From: a virus
Taxonomy: Duplodnaviria > Caudoviricetes
IMG/VR virus record: IMGVR_UViG_3300020047_005985
Coordinates: 1-64,000 of that record
DNA: 64,000 nt
Reading direction: 5' to 3' (one strand)
Shown here piece after piece: positions 10,155 to 19,668 of the stretch (position 1 is its first letter; each line of letters opens with the position of its first letter). The translations under genes and the position numbers were made by a program. The notes beneath the pieces were generated by a model. The model had not been told where the DNA came from and did not search any database. It worked only from the letters and a program-made list of their open reading frames with translations.

Positions 10155-11105
10155 TTAAATCTGATTTAACTTCTGACGAATATCAAATGTAAAGAAAGCC
10201 TGAAGGAGCTTATGTTCTTCACAATTTGGGTCATCCAAAATAATGTCAAAATCATGTGGATTATTATTCCAAAGCTTAAGAAAAGCATTTCTCAAATAAG
10301 GTTTAGCCATATCTTTAATATCTACCAATTGACCTTTATTTTTACTCAAGTGTTTACCTGTGGGAACATATTTCCAAATCTTATGATTGTCAGAAGTATA
10401 TTTTCCAGTATGTTGTAAACCTAATTGATCGAACAATTCTTTAAAATTAGACAAAGAAAATCCTTTTGCTTGAAAATAAGATTTCATTTGAGTCTTTGTA
10501 ATTTCTCCGCCTATTACATGGTCAACGTAATCCTGAAGATTTTGCAATGTTAGTGAGTTCTGTACTGAGGACGACGGTAACAGTTGGTTATAATAAACTC
10601 GATGTTCTAAACCGTTACTATTAAAAACTGTATCGTAATATAAATTTTGACTTGCCATAAAATTTGATACCCAATCTTGATTCCAATATACATCAGGATG
10701 TAGAAGCCTTAATCCATTTTTAAGTTCTAACGTTGTTATTGTTGGATTATTATTTGCAAACCAAGAATTGAGTAATTGTTGTGCTAATTGTTCTTTACTA
10801 ACTGTCATATTTAATTTTTCTTTTAGCCATTGAAGACCTTCTTCAATAGTATTAACTAATTTTGTGTGTTCGTCTGGAGAAACATGTTCTAACCATTTTC
10901 CGTATTCCTGATATTTTTTCCAACCTGGTATATAAAACTCATACTTAATTTCATTATTCATAAACAAATCTCCTTTTCCATCTCTTTGCCTCTGATATAC
11001 TTCGGCAATACATACTTCTCCTAACCAAACTCTACCTCCTGTGTTTTCAACATCTGGATAGGAAATATATTCTATAAAAGTATTATTCCATTCTAATTTA
11101 ATCAT
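10155..11105 (-). CDS. Hypothetical protein between ligase and PARP
   Basis: 316-aa ORF tightly coupled to both neighbours. Confidence 0.6.
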   Translation of the reverse strand: MIKLEWNNTFIEYISYPDVENTGGRVWLGEVCIAEVYQRQRDGKGDLFMNNEIKYEFYIPGWKKYQEYGKWLEHVSPDEHTKLVNTIEEGLQWLKEKLNMTVSKEQLAQQLLNSWFANNNPTITTLELKNGLRLLHPDVYWNQDWVSNFMASQNLYYDTVFNSNGLEHRVYYNQLLPSSSVQNSLTLQNLQDYVDHVIGGEITKTQMKSYFQAKGFSLSNFKELFDQLGLQHTGKYTSDNHKIWKYVPTGKHLSKNKGQLVDIKDMAKPYLRNAFLKLWNNNPHDFDIILDDPNCEEHKLLQAFFTFDIRQKLNQI

Positions 11106-12159
11106 AATCTAAAATATGTTTAACTGTTGGAAATCTCAAACTGCCATCTTCAGTATAACCGAAGAATTTTATGGTAGCTTCTTTACCAATAACATTTTGT
11201 TTATCTGACCATATTTTCCTCATAAAATCTTCAGTACCAGTCATTGTAGGTTTACAGATAGCTCCTGATTCTAACTTTATAACTAGCATGTTTGCACAAC
11301 CTGTTCTATTCCCTGTTCCTTCCAAAACATCAATAATTTCCCATTCGGCATCTTGCCAATCTTTATATTTAAGAAGCTGCTTACTACGTTTATTTTCATA
11401 ACCACCTAAATCCATTCTAATAATAGAACCTTCGTAACCATTAGAAATAAATTCCTCGTGATACCTTAACAATTCTTCTTTAGATTTAATTTCGTAAGTA
11501 GGAACAAGCTTAAAAGTGTTTGGAAAATTTTTAAAGTCATGTTTTAACATTGAATATCTTTCGGAAAATACTTTGTCATGATTATAAGGATAATCGTAAA
11601 CCCAATATTGGATTAGCTTTTTAGATTCTTCTAAATCTTTTAATTCAGGTTTGGTTTTACGTGTTAAGCTGATAATCTTATTAAAATCTGCTTTCAAATC
11701 ATGATTATATAATTCGCCATCTAGTCCAAAATAGTTTAATTCTAAATGAGGACAACTTACAATAGATTTCCCTGCTCTAGTCATCAACTTTTTATCATTT
11801 AGATAACATCTTACACCATCCAGTTTAGGTTGAATAAAAGTTTTAACTGTAAATAAGAGTTTAGAATATTTACTAAATTCAAAAGCCAACATTGGTTCAA
11901 AGAATTTCTTTTTTGAAGTTAAAACTTCATTATAACCTTTATCTAATTTCTTTTGAAACTTAGACTGAGCTTCTAGTAAACACTGTTGTTCAGCAGTAGT
12001 TTCATTCTTTTTACCAATATTTTTTCCTACACAAATAGTAGGACTAGACTTGGTTAATATGTTAATTCCTTCTTCTGTCCAATATACTGAACCAGAAGTA
12101 AATATTTGCCAACTTTGTATTTGGCCTTTTGTCGTGTATTTATACAGTTTTGGAAACAT
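11098..12159 (-). CDS. lig: ATP-dependent DNA ligase with N-terminal WGR-like region
   Basis: PMLA, QPKLDGVR, LDGELY, GYEGSIIR, LLKYK, SLRFP. Confidence 0.93.
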   Translation of the reverse strand: MFPKLYKYTTKGQIQSWQIFTSGSVYWTEEGINILTKSSPTICVGKNIGKKNETTAEQQCLLEAQSKFQKKLDKGYNEVLTSKKKFFEPMLAFEFSKYSKLLFTVKTFIQPKLDGVRCYLNDKKLMTRAGKSIVSCPHLELNYFGLDGELYNHDLKADFNKIISLTRKTKPELKDLEESKKLIQYWVYDYPYNHDKVFSERYSMLKHDFKNFPNTFKLVPTYEIKSKEELLRYHEEFISNGYEGSIIRMDLGGYENKRSKQLLKYKDWQDAEWEIIDVLEGTGNRTGCANMLVIKLESGAICKPTMTGTEDFMRKIWSDKQNVIGKEATIKFFGYTEDGSLRFPTVKHILDYD

Positions 12160-12307
12160 AATATAAAAAATATTTAACTTATCTCATTTGACAAGTTAAA
12201 TATTAAATTTAAAAATTAAGCACAAACATGACTTGATCCTGGTGGGCCAAGTTTTAATCCACAATGAGGACATCTGCCATGTGATTTTAAAAGGAATTTA
12301 AACATAG

Positions 12308-12547
12308 TTATTTAAGATTAATTGTAAATGTTGTATCTTGAATATACATATCTTCTATTGTTCTATACATATCTTTATAATATCTTACACTATCACACAA
12401 TTTAAGATTATCACTATATAAAGTATCGGCCCAAACAGAAGTGTCAGTGTATCGTTTTTTCCAATATGTCCTAGAATTACATTGTGCTATATTTAAACAC
12501 AAAATAATAAACACTAAAAATATATTAATACCATTGCTCATATTCAT
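12308..12547 (-). CDS. Small membrane-anchored hypothetical protein
   Basis: N-terminal hydrophobic helix. Confidence 0.45.
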   Translation of the reverse strand: MNMSNGINIFLVFIILCLNIAQCNSRTYWKKRYTDTSVWADTLYSDNLKLCDSVRYYKDMYRTIEDMYIQDTTFTINLK

Positions 12548-13697
12548 GTTTTTCTAAACGTTTAATAAAATTATCCGTATCTTTTTTTAAGAGTTGAATT
12601 TGAGCATGTGGTTTTTTACTCAAATAACTACTTATTGCCTTTAATACTGCCAATTCATCACAAATTTTTCCAGTATAATATTCATATAAACCAGCCAAAT
12701 GTTCTTCTGAATATGGAGTATGTGCAAAAGAATCTGGATCACTAATTAACCAGCTATCAACAAAATCTTTTACTTCTTTATTATTTACTTTGGTTGTTAG
12801 TACTAATTCAGAATCCCATCCATCTAAACTGAATTTACTACTTGTAGCTTTATAAGTATCAGGTTTATGAATAAATTGTTTTGTATAACCAAGCTTTTGA
12901 ATAATTTCATATCCAGCATTAACAGCATTTAGAAGATGTGGAATAGAACAAACTTCATAATTTTTATGTTCATTAAAACTTCCATTAGAAAAATTAAATG
13001 CACAAATATTAATTTCATTCCAAACTAATTCTCCAACATCAGTGCAAGTACCATGATTAAATTCATAACCATAGTCAGACATAATTGGCTTTACAGCAGT
13101 TTTAAATTCTTCTGAAATTACATTTATTCCATTTGTATATTCAATTAGATCTGTTGTAAAACTTCTTCTATCTAACTGAATAACAAAAGAACAATTTTTA
13201 AAGAAAGTTATATCACTTGCTTTTGAACCTAAACAGCCAACTTCTTCATTTTTAAACAAAACTACTTTTACAACATCCAAATGTTTTAACATTTGAAGAG
13301 CAAAGTAAACACCATTTTTAGGATCAGCACCTATTCCATGTTGAGTTCCTTCTGATATATCCAGACCAAATACTAAATCATTGGTGTTTAGTATTTGAAG
13401 ATGTGGATTATAATCATGAACTGTATCTACATGTGATACCACACATGGATATAAGCTAGCTTTACCTTTAGTAATATAAAGATTACCATAGGTATCATAC
13501 GAATGTTTAACAGAAATGTTATTTTCTTTACACCAGTTAAGAATAAAATTAAAGAATATTTTTTGACTAGCGTCAATTAAACTCGGTGTTTGTAAAGAAA
13601 ATAAATGTTTTAACAAATCAATATCTATGGATTTAAAAAATTTAGTATTCGGAACTATTGCTGGTATTGTACTATACTGTTTGTAATTCTTTTTCAT
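12525..13697 (-). CDS. M20/M28-like Zn metallopeptidase
   Basis: SHVDTVH, GIGADPKNG, EEVGCLGS, QLDRR, TDV, NEH. Confidence 0.85.
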   Translation of the reverse strand: MKKNYKQYSTIPAIVPNTKFFKSIDIDLLKHLFSLQTPSLIDASQKIFFNFILNWCKENNISVKHSYDTYGNLYITKGKASLYPCVVSHVDTVHDYNPHLQILNTNDLVFGLDISEGTQHGIGADPKNGVYFALQMLKHLDVVKVVLFKNEEVGCLGSKASDITFFKNCSFVIQLDRRSFTTDLIEYTNGINVISEEFKTAVKPIMSDYGYEFNHGTCTDVGELVWNEINICAFNFSNGSFNEHKNYEVCSIPHLLNAVNAGYEIIQKLGYTKQFIHKPDTYKATSSKFSLDGWDSELVLTTKVNNKEVKDFVDSWLISDPDSFAHTPYSEEHLAGLYEYYTGKICDELAVLKAISSYLSKKPHAQIQLLKKDTDNFIKRLEKHEYEQWY

Positions 13698-14880
13698 CTA
13701 TTAAATTTTTGTATTCTTCTGAGCTAATAAGATAATAATTTCCATCAAAACATGTAATATAGTCACTATCAATACGATACCATTCTTCTGAACCAATAGG
13801 AATTACAAAATCATCGTCACCTTTTATAAAATAATCTCCATCATAACAAGATATTAAATTTGGAGCCTCATTAGAACATAGTGATCCTTCGTAAAGTTGT
13901 ACAGTGTCCTCTCTTAAAATATAATCATCTGTTACAGTACACAACTCAGCTTCTCTATTGGATATGTATCCATCATATCTATTTGAGAAACATCTGCACG
14001 CACAGCAATAACGATATCCGCGATAAACACCAGCAATTATTTCTACAATATCATCCGATTCATCTCCACACTCATCGCAATTTTCCATACTATATCTAGA
14101 ACCATCTGTATCATTCAAACAATCTCCATCCTCATAATTATTTAGACAATTATCGTTTATATAGCATAAAGTATCAATATACGGATAATACTCAAAATTT
14201 AAATAGTCAAGATGAATCTCTAATTCACTAACATCTTCATTAGGCTTAATATCATTTTTATCTGATATTTGAGTAAACCCTTTTTTAATAAGTTCTATAA
14301 TCATGGCACATTCAGTACTAAAATCAATAGCATAAACGCGATCAAACCATTTAATACTTTTATCTTTAATTGTTTTTGGATACCAAATTAAAGATCGAGC
14401 AATAATTTTTCCACTACTATTGTAAACAACAGCTAATTGCACATGATTAGTATTTTTACAATAAATATCCAAATAAGGCTGACACTGTATATATCTCATA
14501 CAAGAGGCACCGAGATTACCACAAGCTGCACAATTATCTTCAAGATAAGCGGTTCGTATATCTTCTCCAGATAAAAAGACAATTTTTACTTTTTGCAAAT
14601 TACCTTTTAATTCATTATTAAATCTTTCATATTGATTAGAAAAAGCTTCTGGAAATAATGTTTTGTAAAGTTTACCTGGACTTACCAATTGTCTTTTATC
14701 TGGATTCCATCTTTTTGAAGCTGAATATCTTACTAATCTTGATTTTGGAATATAAGTAATGTATTCGTCATCCGCTCCCAAATAATCTATATCTAGATCA
14801 GTTGATTCTAATTTTCTTAGAACTTCATCACCATCTGTCGTAAAAGATATTGCTTTTCTTAGTTTATTTGTTATTCTCAT
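13672..14880 (-). CDS. Hypothetical protein with Cys/acidic C-terminus, partner of the peptidase
   Basis: LGASCMR, IARSLIW, DRVY, YPYIDT motifs; CxxC-rich tail. Confidence 0.6.
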   Translation of the reverse strand: MRITNKLRKAISFTTDGDEVLRKLESTDLDIDYLGADDEYITYIPKSRLVRYSASKRWNPDKRQLVSPGKLYKTLFPEAFSNQYERFNNELKGNLQKVKIVFLSGEDIRTAYLEDNCAACGNLGASCMRYIQCQPYLDIYCKNTNHVQLAVVYNSSGKIIARSLIWYPKTIKDKSIKWFDRVYAIDFSTECAMIIELIKKGFTQISDKNDIKPNEDVSELEIHLDYLNFEYYPYIDTLCYINDNCLNNYEDGDCLNDTDGSRYSMENCDECGDESDDIVEIIAGVYRGYRYCCACRCFSNRYDGYISNREAELCTVTDDYILREDTVQLYEGSLCSNEAPNLISCYDGDYFIKGDDDFVIPIGSEEWYRIDSDYITCFDGNYYLISSEEYKNLIDEKELQTV

Positions 14881-15148
14881 TTTGTATTTTTAATTCTAAT
14901 ATAGCTAATGCGTTCCAAGCTACAGCTCCCCAATGACCAATTTCATCTTCTTCACCATCTTGCATTATATGTCTTATAATAGCATCTTCATATTCATCAA
15001 CTGGTAATTTAGAAAAGCCTTTGTAATCATGATCTAATTCAGGATACTTCTCATGCCCAATCTTACATCTTCTAGCAACTTCCTTTAAAGCATTAGGAAA
15101 TTGTAAAACTATCATTTTATATAATTTAGGTTTCGTCTGATCTTTCAT
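14864..15148 (-). CDS. dATP/dGTP diphosphohydrolase-domain protein
   Basis: ALKEVAR..GHEKY, YEDAIIRH, HWGAVAWNALAILE. Confidence 0.75.
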   Translation of the reverse strand: MKDQTKPKLYKMIVLQFPNALKEVARRCKIGHEKYPELDHDYKGFSKLPVDEYEDAIIRHIMQDGEEDEIGHWGAVAWNALAILELKIQNENNK

Positions 15149-15527
15149 ATCTATACTTTAATTCTGCTAATAAAATTAACCTTGTAGCAATCCATTGTTT
15201 ACTATTTAAATCATTTGCCACTAAACTTTTTTCAGTTATATAAATTAAAATTGATAATATGTGGTCAGTATCTAAATCTTTTAAAAGTTTACTTTCTGAT
15301 TTATCTCTAAGTTTTTCATTCTTATCTAATACAGAAGTCCAAAGAAATTGCTTTCTTATATCTTCTATTAAATCTGAAATCTTTCCAGAACCAATCTTTA
15401 CATCTCCTCCTATTCTTGTATAATCCCAACCACCATCAATAAATTCTCCTTCTGCAAATTGTTGAAAATCATGTCTATGAAATGAAAACAGTTTAACACC
15501 ATCTTTTTCTATATAATTAATCTTCAC
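15126..15527 (-). CDS. Hypothetical phage protein
   Basis: HRHDF, IDGGWDYTR, LKDLDTDHI motifs. Confidence 0.55.
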   Translation of the reverse strand: MKINYIEKDGVKLFSFHRHDFQQFAEGEFIDGGWDYTRIGGDVKIGSGKISDLIEDIRKQFLWTSVLDKNEKLRDKSESKLLKDLDTDHILSILIYITEKSLVANDLNSKQWIATRLILLAELKYRYERSDET

Positions 15528-15708
15528 CTTTTTTAATTTTAATTGGTTTAGGAGTTACAACTACCTCTTTTCCTTTCGAGGTAATTGTAACTTCTACTTG
15601 TGGATCTAAACTAGTTCCTTGAAATTTAACTTTTCCCATGTCCCTGGCAATTAAAAATAGATTTGAAGCAGATAGGACAAACTTTTCCATAAAATAATGT
15701 AAATCTTC

Positions 15709-16149
15709 TCATGGTTCTACAAAATTTATTGACTTTAAAACTTTATTATCAGATAGTCTTTTAACTATCCAATTATTTCCAGATTGTACGATGTAACATT
15801 CTATTTTAATTCCAGGTTTAGATGGGTGTATGCCTCTAATGTAAGCATCCATTGTTTTAATAGCTTCGTCTTCAGAAGTACAAAACTTAGTCCAATTTGA
15901 AAAACTTACTTTGTCAGCATGTTCTTCTGAATTAAGACTATTATAATAATCCCAATTTAAAGTAACCCACATTAAATCTACAATAGCATCTCGCTGACCT
16001 TGTTTATCATTTGCTTTATAAGCTTCTTCCAACTCTTCCAGCTCTTCTAAAATTAAAGATTTTATAAGTTGAAAATTAGCTTCATTTCCAACTTGTTCTT
16101 GTCCTGCTACCTTTAGCCAATTATTTATATCTTGAAATATATTATACAT
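15709..16149 (-). CDS. MazG-like nucleoside triphosphate pyrophosphohydrolase
   Basis: LILEELEEL, DAIVDLMWV, SNWTKFC, KVLKS..FVEP. Confidence 0.75.
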   Translation of the reverse strand: MYNIFQDINNWLKVAGQEQVGNEANFQLIKSLILEELEELEEAYKANDKQGQRDAIVDLMWVTLNWDYYNSLNSEEHADKVSFSNWTKFCTSEDEAIKTMDAYIRGIHPSKPGIKIECYIVQSGNNWIVKRLSDNKVLKSINFVEP

Positions 16150-16741
16150 ATTCTGAAATTTTACCTCTAATTTTTAATTCTTTTTCGTAATTTAAAATCT
16201 CTTGATTCATACATGGGGGTATATCATATTCTTGTATTTCATGAATACCATCAGGTCTTTTTTCCAAAGATTCAATTGTATGATTTACACCAAACCAGGT
16301 ATTAAGTTGATCTACAAACTCTTGTTTATAAAGTTTGTTCTTAGACAACACCTGTTTAGTTTTACTATCTGGTGAAAATACTTTAGATAAATATTCTCTT
16401 TTGTAAATTTTAGAATAACTTCCTTCCTCAAAAGCAGAGTAATTAAGATCTGGTTTTAAACGAATAGCATATGTATTTTCATTAGGCATCCAACTATCCA
16501 AATATTCTTTATTTTCTTTTAAAACATCTATTAGTTTTTTTATACCAACTGTGTTACCTCGATCATAATAAACTATAATACTTTCATTTTCATAACTGGT
16601 ACATAAAAAATTCTCTCTCAAGCTTCCAATATACGGCCTATAACTTTTCATTAAAACTATTGCCGGATATAAATAAATTCTTGTTCTATTCAAGAAGCCT
16701 CTCTCTATCTTAAACTGTGTCTGATTATCATACTTCAGCAT
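16142..16741 (-). CDS. Hypothetical protein
   Basis: 199-aa ORF coupled to the resolvase gene. Confidence 0.55.
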   Translation of the reverse strand: MLKYDNQTQFKIERGFLNRTRIYLYPAIVLMKSYRPYIGSLRENFLCTSYENESIIVYYDRGNTVGIKKLIDVLKENKEYLDSWMPNENTYAIRLKPDLNYSAFEEGSYSKIYKREYLSKVFSPDSKTKQVLSKNKLYKQEFVDQLNTWFGVNHTIESLEKRPDGIHEIQEYDIPPCMNQEILNYEKELKIRGKISEYV

Positions 16742-17129
16742 TCTTACTCTCGTATCCTTCGATTAATTCCAAAAAAAACTCATAAGTAATTGTTACTTGA
16801 GTCATTTCTGGTTGTTTTAGTTTACCACCAACTATTCTATTTAACTTATTAATTAGGACATATGGTAGTTTATGAATTACATGATTCGAATTAAAGTTTT
16901 CAGCAATAAGTTTTTTATTCTCAAGATACAATTCATCGAACTTTAATCTCGGTTTATTATAACCTGCCTTACACTGGATTAACATTGGAACTCCTGTAAT
17001 ATCAATTTTACAATTATCCATTAATCTGCTTGTAAGTCTTGCTGTTTTAGCAAAGGGATACTTTGCTTTCAGATCATTTACAACCTGTCTTTCAAAAGTA
17101 TCCCCTTTGCGTTTATTAGGATGAGGCAC
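16728..17129 (-). CDS. Holliday junction resolvase-like PD-(D/E)xK nuclease
   Basis: NKRKGDTFER, KIDI..IQCK. Confidence 0.75.
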   Translation of the reverse strand: MPHPNKRKGDTFERQVVNDLKAKYPFAKTARLTSRLMDNCKIDITGVPMLIQCKAGYNKPRLKFDELYLENKKLIAENFNSNHVIHKLPYVLINKLNRIVGGKLKQPEMTQVTITYEFFLELIEGYESKNAEV

Positions 17130-17517
17130 GTACCATTCTAATTTTTACTTCACCATCAGAATACTCTCCACGATCACTTTCTTTAAATCCATTCTTTTCT
17201 AAGAAAGAAATCATTATAGAATTAGATTCTCTAACCGAACTTAAGAAAGTATAATTTGGATACTTTTCTTCAAGGCTTGTAGCTAAGTTAGTAAGAATAT
17301 CTTTTTCACGATAATCTTTCAATACAGCTCCAAAATGAACCCGAATAACATTTTCATCATTTTCGGTATAAGTAATAAGTCCAACCAATGTTTCGCCTTG
17401 ACGATAACAAAGTATTTCAGAGGAACTTTCTAAAAAATTATCAAGTTCTTGCGTAAAAGTAAAATGATTACGAATAAAATCGTAATGTTCTTCTGTTTTT
17501 GTTTCTAAATTAATCAT
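17116..17517 (-). CDS. GNAT family acetyltransferase
   Basis: GAVLKDYREKDI, VRESN..MISFLEKNGF. Confidence 0.8.
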   Translation of the reverse strand: MINLETKTEEHYDFIRNHFTFTQELDNFLESSSEILCYRQGETLVGLITYTENDENVIRVHFGAVLKDYREKDILTNLATSLEEKYPNYTFLSSVRESNSIMISFLEKNGFKESDRGEYSDGEVKIRMVRASS

Positions 17518-17789
17518 ATTATTTTATTAAATGTTGTATTTTCAGGATAGGATGTTTTCAATATATGAAAAAGATGTTCCTGAATGTCATCTTTTCCAAC
17601 ATTATTCACAATACTTACACTTTCTAAGTTTTCAATATACTGTATAATACCTAAAAGTTCATTTGTAACATTATCTCTAAATGTTATAACCATCGAAGAA
17701 TCTAAAAGGAAAGCTAATTCTAAAGAAGAAGCTGTTTCAATACCTAGGAATTCAGAATGTTCCCTTGTTTTTAATTCATGTTTTATCAT
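17514..17789 (-). CDS. Truncated GNAT-like paralog
   Basis: Aligns by eye with the N-terminal two thirds of 17116..17517. Confidence 0.5.
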   Translation of the reverse strand: MIKHELKTREHSEFLGIETASSLELAFLLDSSMVITFRDNVTNELLGIIQYIENLESVSIVNNVGKDDIQEHLFHILKTSYPENTTFNKII

Positions 17790-18024
17790 TACTCCAAATT
17801 AAGTTATGGTTGGCAAATAATTCAATAGTAGGTAATCCGTTGTTTTCTGAAGGTAAAATTAATTCTTCTGTTTCATAAATAATTTCATCTTCAACAAATC
17901 CTTCGTGTTCTAAATCTATACCAAATTGTTTTACCGATTTTAAAAATTCTGGTAGGTCTGAATCAGGTATATCATAAAAAGCCTTTCTCCAAACAGTTAT
18001 TTTATAATCAAGTTCTATTTTCAT
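17776..18024 (-). CDS. Hypothetical protein
   Basis: 82-aa ORF in operon. Confidence 0.5.
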   Translation of the reverse strand: MKIELDYKITVWRKAFYDIPDSDLPEFLKSVKQFGIDLEHEGFVEDEIIYETEELILPSENNGLPTIELFANHNLIWSNDKT

Positions 18025-18730
18025 ACCATTGGATTATTTCTTGGTTAGATTCTTCTAAACATTTATTAACCTCTTTAAAGAATCCTTCAAACTTTTTATC
18101 ACCATGATCTTCTGCTACTGGATGGTATCTTAGTATTTTATAATGAAGTTTTTCATTTATTTCATTTTGAAATAGTTGAGCCTGTCTTCCTAAAAAAACA
18201 AAAACTGATGAAGTTCCTTCTGACCTTGTAATTTTAAAATCATTTAATATTCTCAGCAAACCAGTAGTAAAATCATTCCAATAATGAAAATGACTTCCAG
18301 GTTTAAACTGTTCACAACTTAAACTAGAGTTTAATAACAATACTCCTTGTTTTTCCCATTTGGTTAGAGTTCCATCAAAAGTTTCATGTATTGTAGGATC
18401 ATTATATTCTTGCTCTAATTCTCTAACAAGCATTGTTAAACTTGGTAAGAATTTATCTTCACAAGCTAAAGCTAGACCTGTTGCTATACCTGGAGTAGGA
18501 TAAGGTTCATTGTTTACAATAACAACTTTAATTAGATCAGGATCTAACCTTAAACATCTTAATATCTTATCAGGATTGTCAGGACAATTTTTGCCTTTTA
18601 ACTCTACAATTTTTATAATAGCTTCGTCTAAAAGATCTATTAATAATTTATCTTCTGATATAGGAGTATTAAGAAGAACTTTCCATTTAGGATGAATATT
18701 CTGAATTGTTAGTTCTGTTATTCTATTCAA
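18008..18730 (-). CDS. ung: Uracil-DNA glycosylase family 1-like, with atypical active-site motifs
   Basis: KVVIVNNEPYP..ATGLA, PSL, WEKQGVLLLNSSL, PGSH, VFLG..AQ, YHP. Confidence 0.8.
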   Translation of the reverse strand: MNRITELTIQNIHPKWKVLLNTPISEDKLLIDLLDEAIIKIVELKGKNCPDNPDKILRCLRLDPDLIKVVIVNNEPYPTPGIATGLALACEDKFLPSLTMLVRELEQEYNDPTIHETFDGTLTKWEKQGVLLLNSSLSCEQFKPGSHFHYWNDFTTGLLRILNDFKITRSEGTSSVFVFLGRQAQLFQNEINEKLHYKILRYHPVAEDHGDKKFEGFFKEVNKCLEESNQEIIQWYENRT

Positions 18731-19668
18731 AATATTAATTTTTTTGTATTATCAATTCCAAATTCGCCAATCATTTCAAATGAATCTTTTGGTAAACAAT
18801 CAATAATCTTGTATTTATATCCATATTTTTCACTTAACTTTTGACTATGAATTATTCCAGGAATATCATTATCATAAAAGAATGTAATATCCTTGAACAT
18901 AACATCTAGTTCTAGAACTTTATCTTCTGGAATATAACAACCTTCATTTTGTAAAGCTATAGCTGGTATTCCTAAATGATAGTCTAGCATAAGTCTATCT
19001 TTTCCAGATTTAGTAATAGAAAGTTTATCAGAATTACGGTGATATTCTTTTATCTTATGCCAACCAAATATATCTTCAACAGAACAGTTGGAATACCAAC
19101 GATATTCTTTTTGCTCTGGAAAATAAAGTTTTACATGATCTGTTTCTGGAAAATAATACGCTATAACTAAAGTTGTTTGAGGATTGTGAATATAATTTCT
19201 AAACCAACCTTTCTTTGTTTTTATCCAATAGTTTTTAACTTTATAAACTAATTCTTTTTCTAAAATAGAACCTGGAAGCATAAATAAATTAGGTTCGTGC
19301 CAATCTTGCTTTTCAAATCTTATTTCAGGTACAAAAGTTGATGTAACTATTTTAGCAATCTTACTGGAAACATAAATCTTCTGGTGTAATATATTTAAAG
19401 CTTGTTGATAACTACATTTTTTAAAATACATTACTATATCAATACATGACCAATACAGTTTGTTATTAAACATTGTATTTTCAACAAAATAAAGGATTCC
19501 TGAGTGCCATGTAAAACGACACCCAGGATCTTTATCTTCTCTAAATGGAGATCTAAACCTTTTATTAAGATCAGGATAAACCCCAAGATATTCACTAAAG
19601 ACTTGTTCTTGAGATATGCTATTAAGCACATCATCCCTTTTATAATAGTTTGGTTTAGTTGTGTACAT
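18727..19668 (-). CDS. DNA primase (crAss-like, TOPRIM)
   Basis: SPFREDKDPGC, ITKSGKD, ALQNE, YDNDIPG, PKD. Confidence 0.85.
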   Translation of the reverse strand: MYTTKPNYYKRDDVLNSISQEQVFSEYLGVYPDLNKRFRSPFREDKDPGCRFTWHSGILYFVENTMFNNKLYWSCIDIVMYFKKCSYQQALNILHQKIYVSSKIAKIVTSTFVPEIRFEKQDWHEPNLFMLPGSILEKELVYKVKNYWIKTKKGWFRNYIHNPQTTLVIAYYFPETDHVKLYFPEQKEYRWYSNCSVEDIFGWHKIKEYHRNSDKLSITKSGKDRLMLDYHLGIPAIALQNEGCYIPEDKVLELDVMFKDITFFYDNDIPGIIHSQKLSEKYGYKYKIIDCLPKDSFEMIGEFGIDNTKKLIF

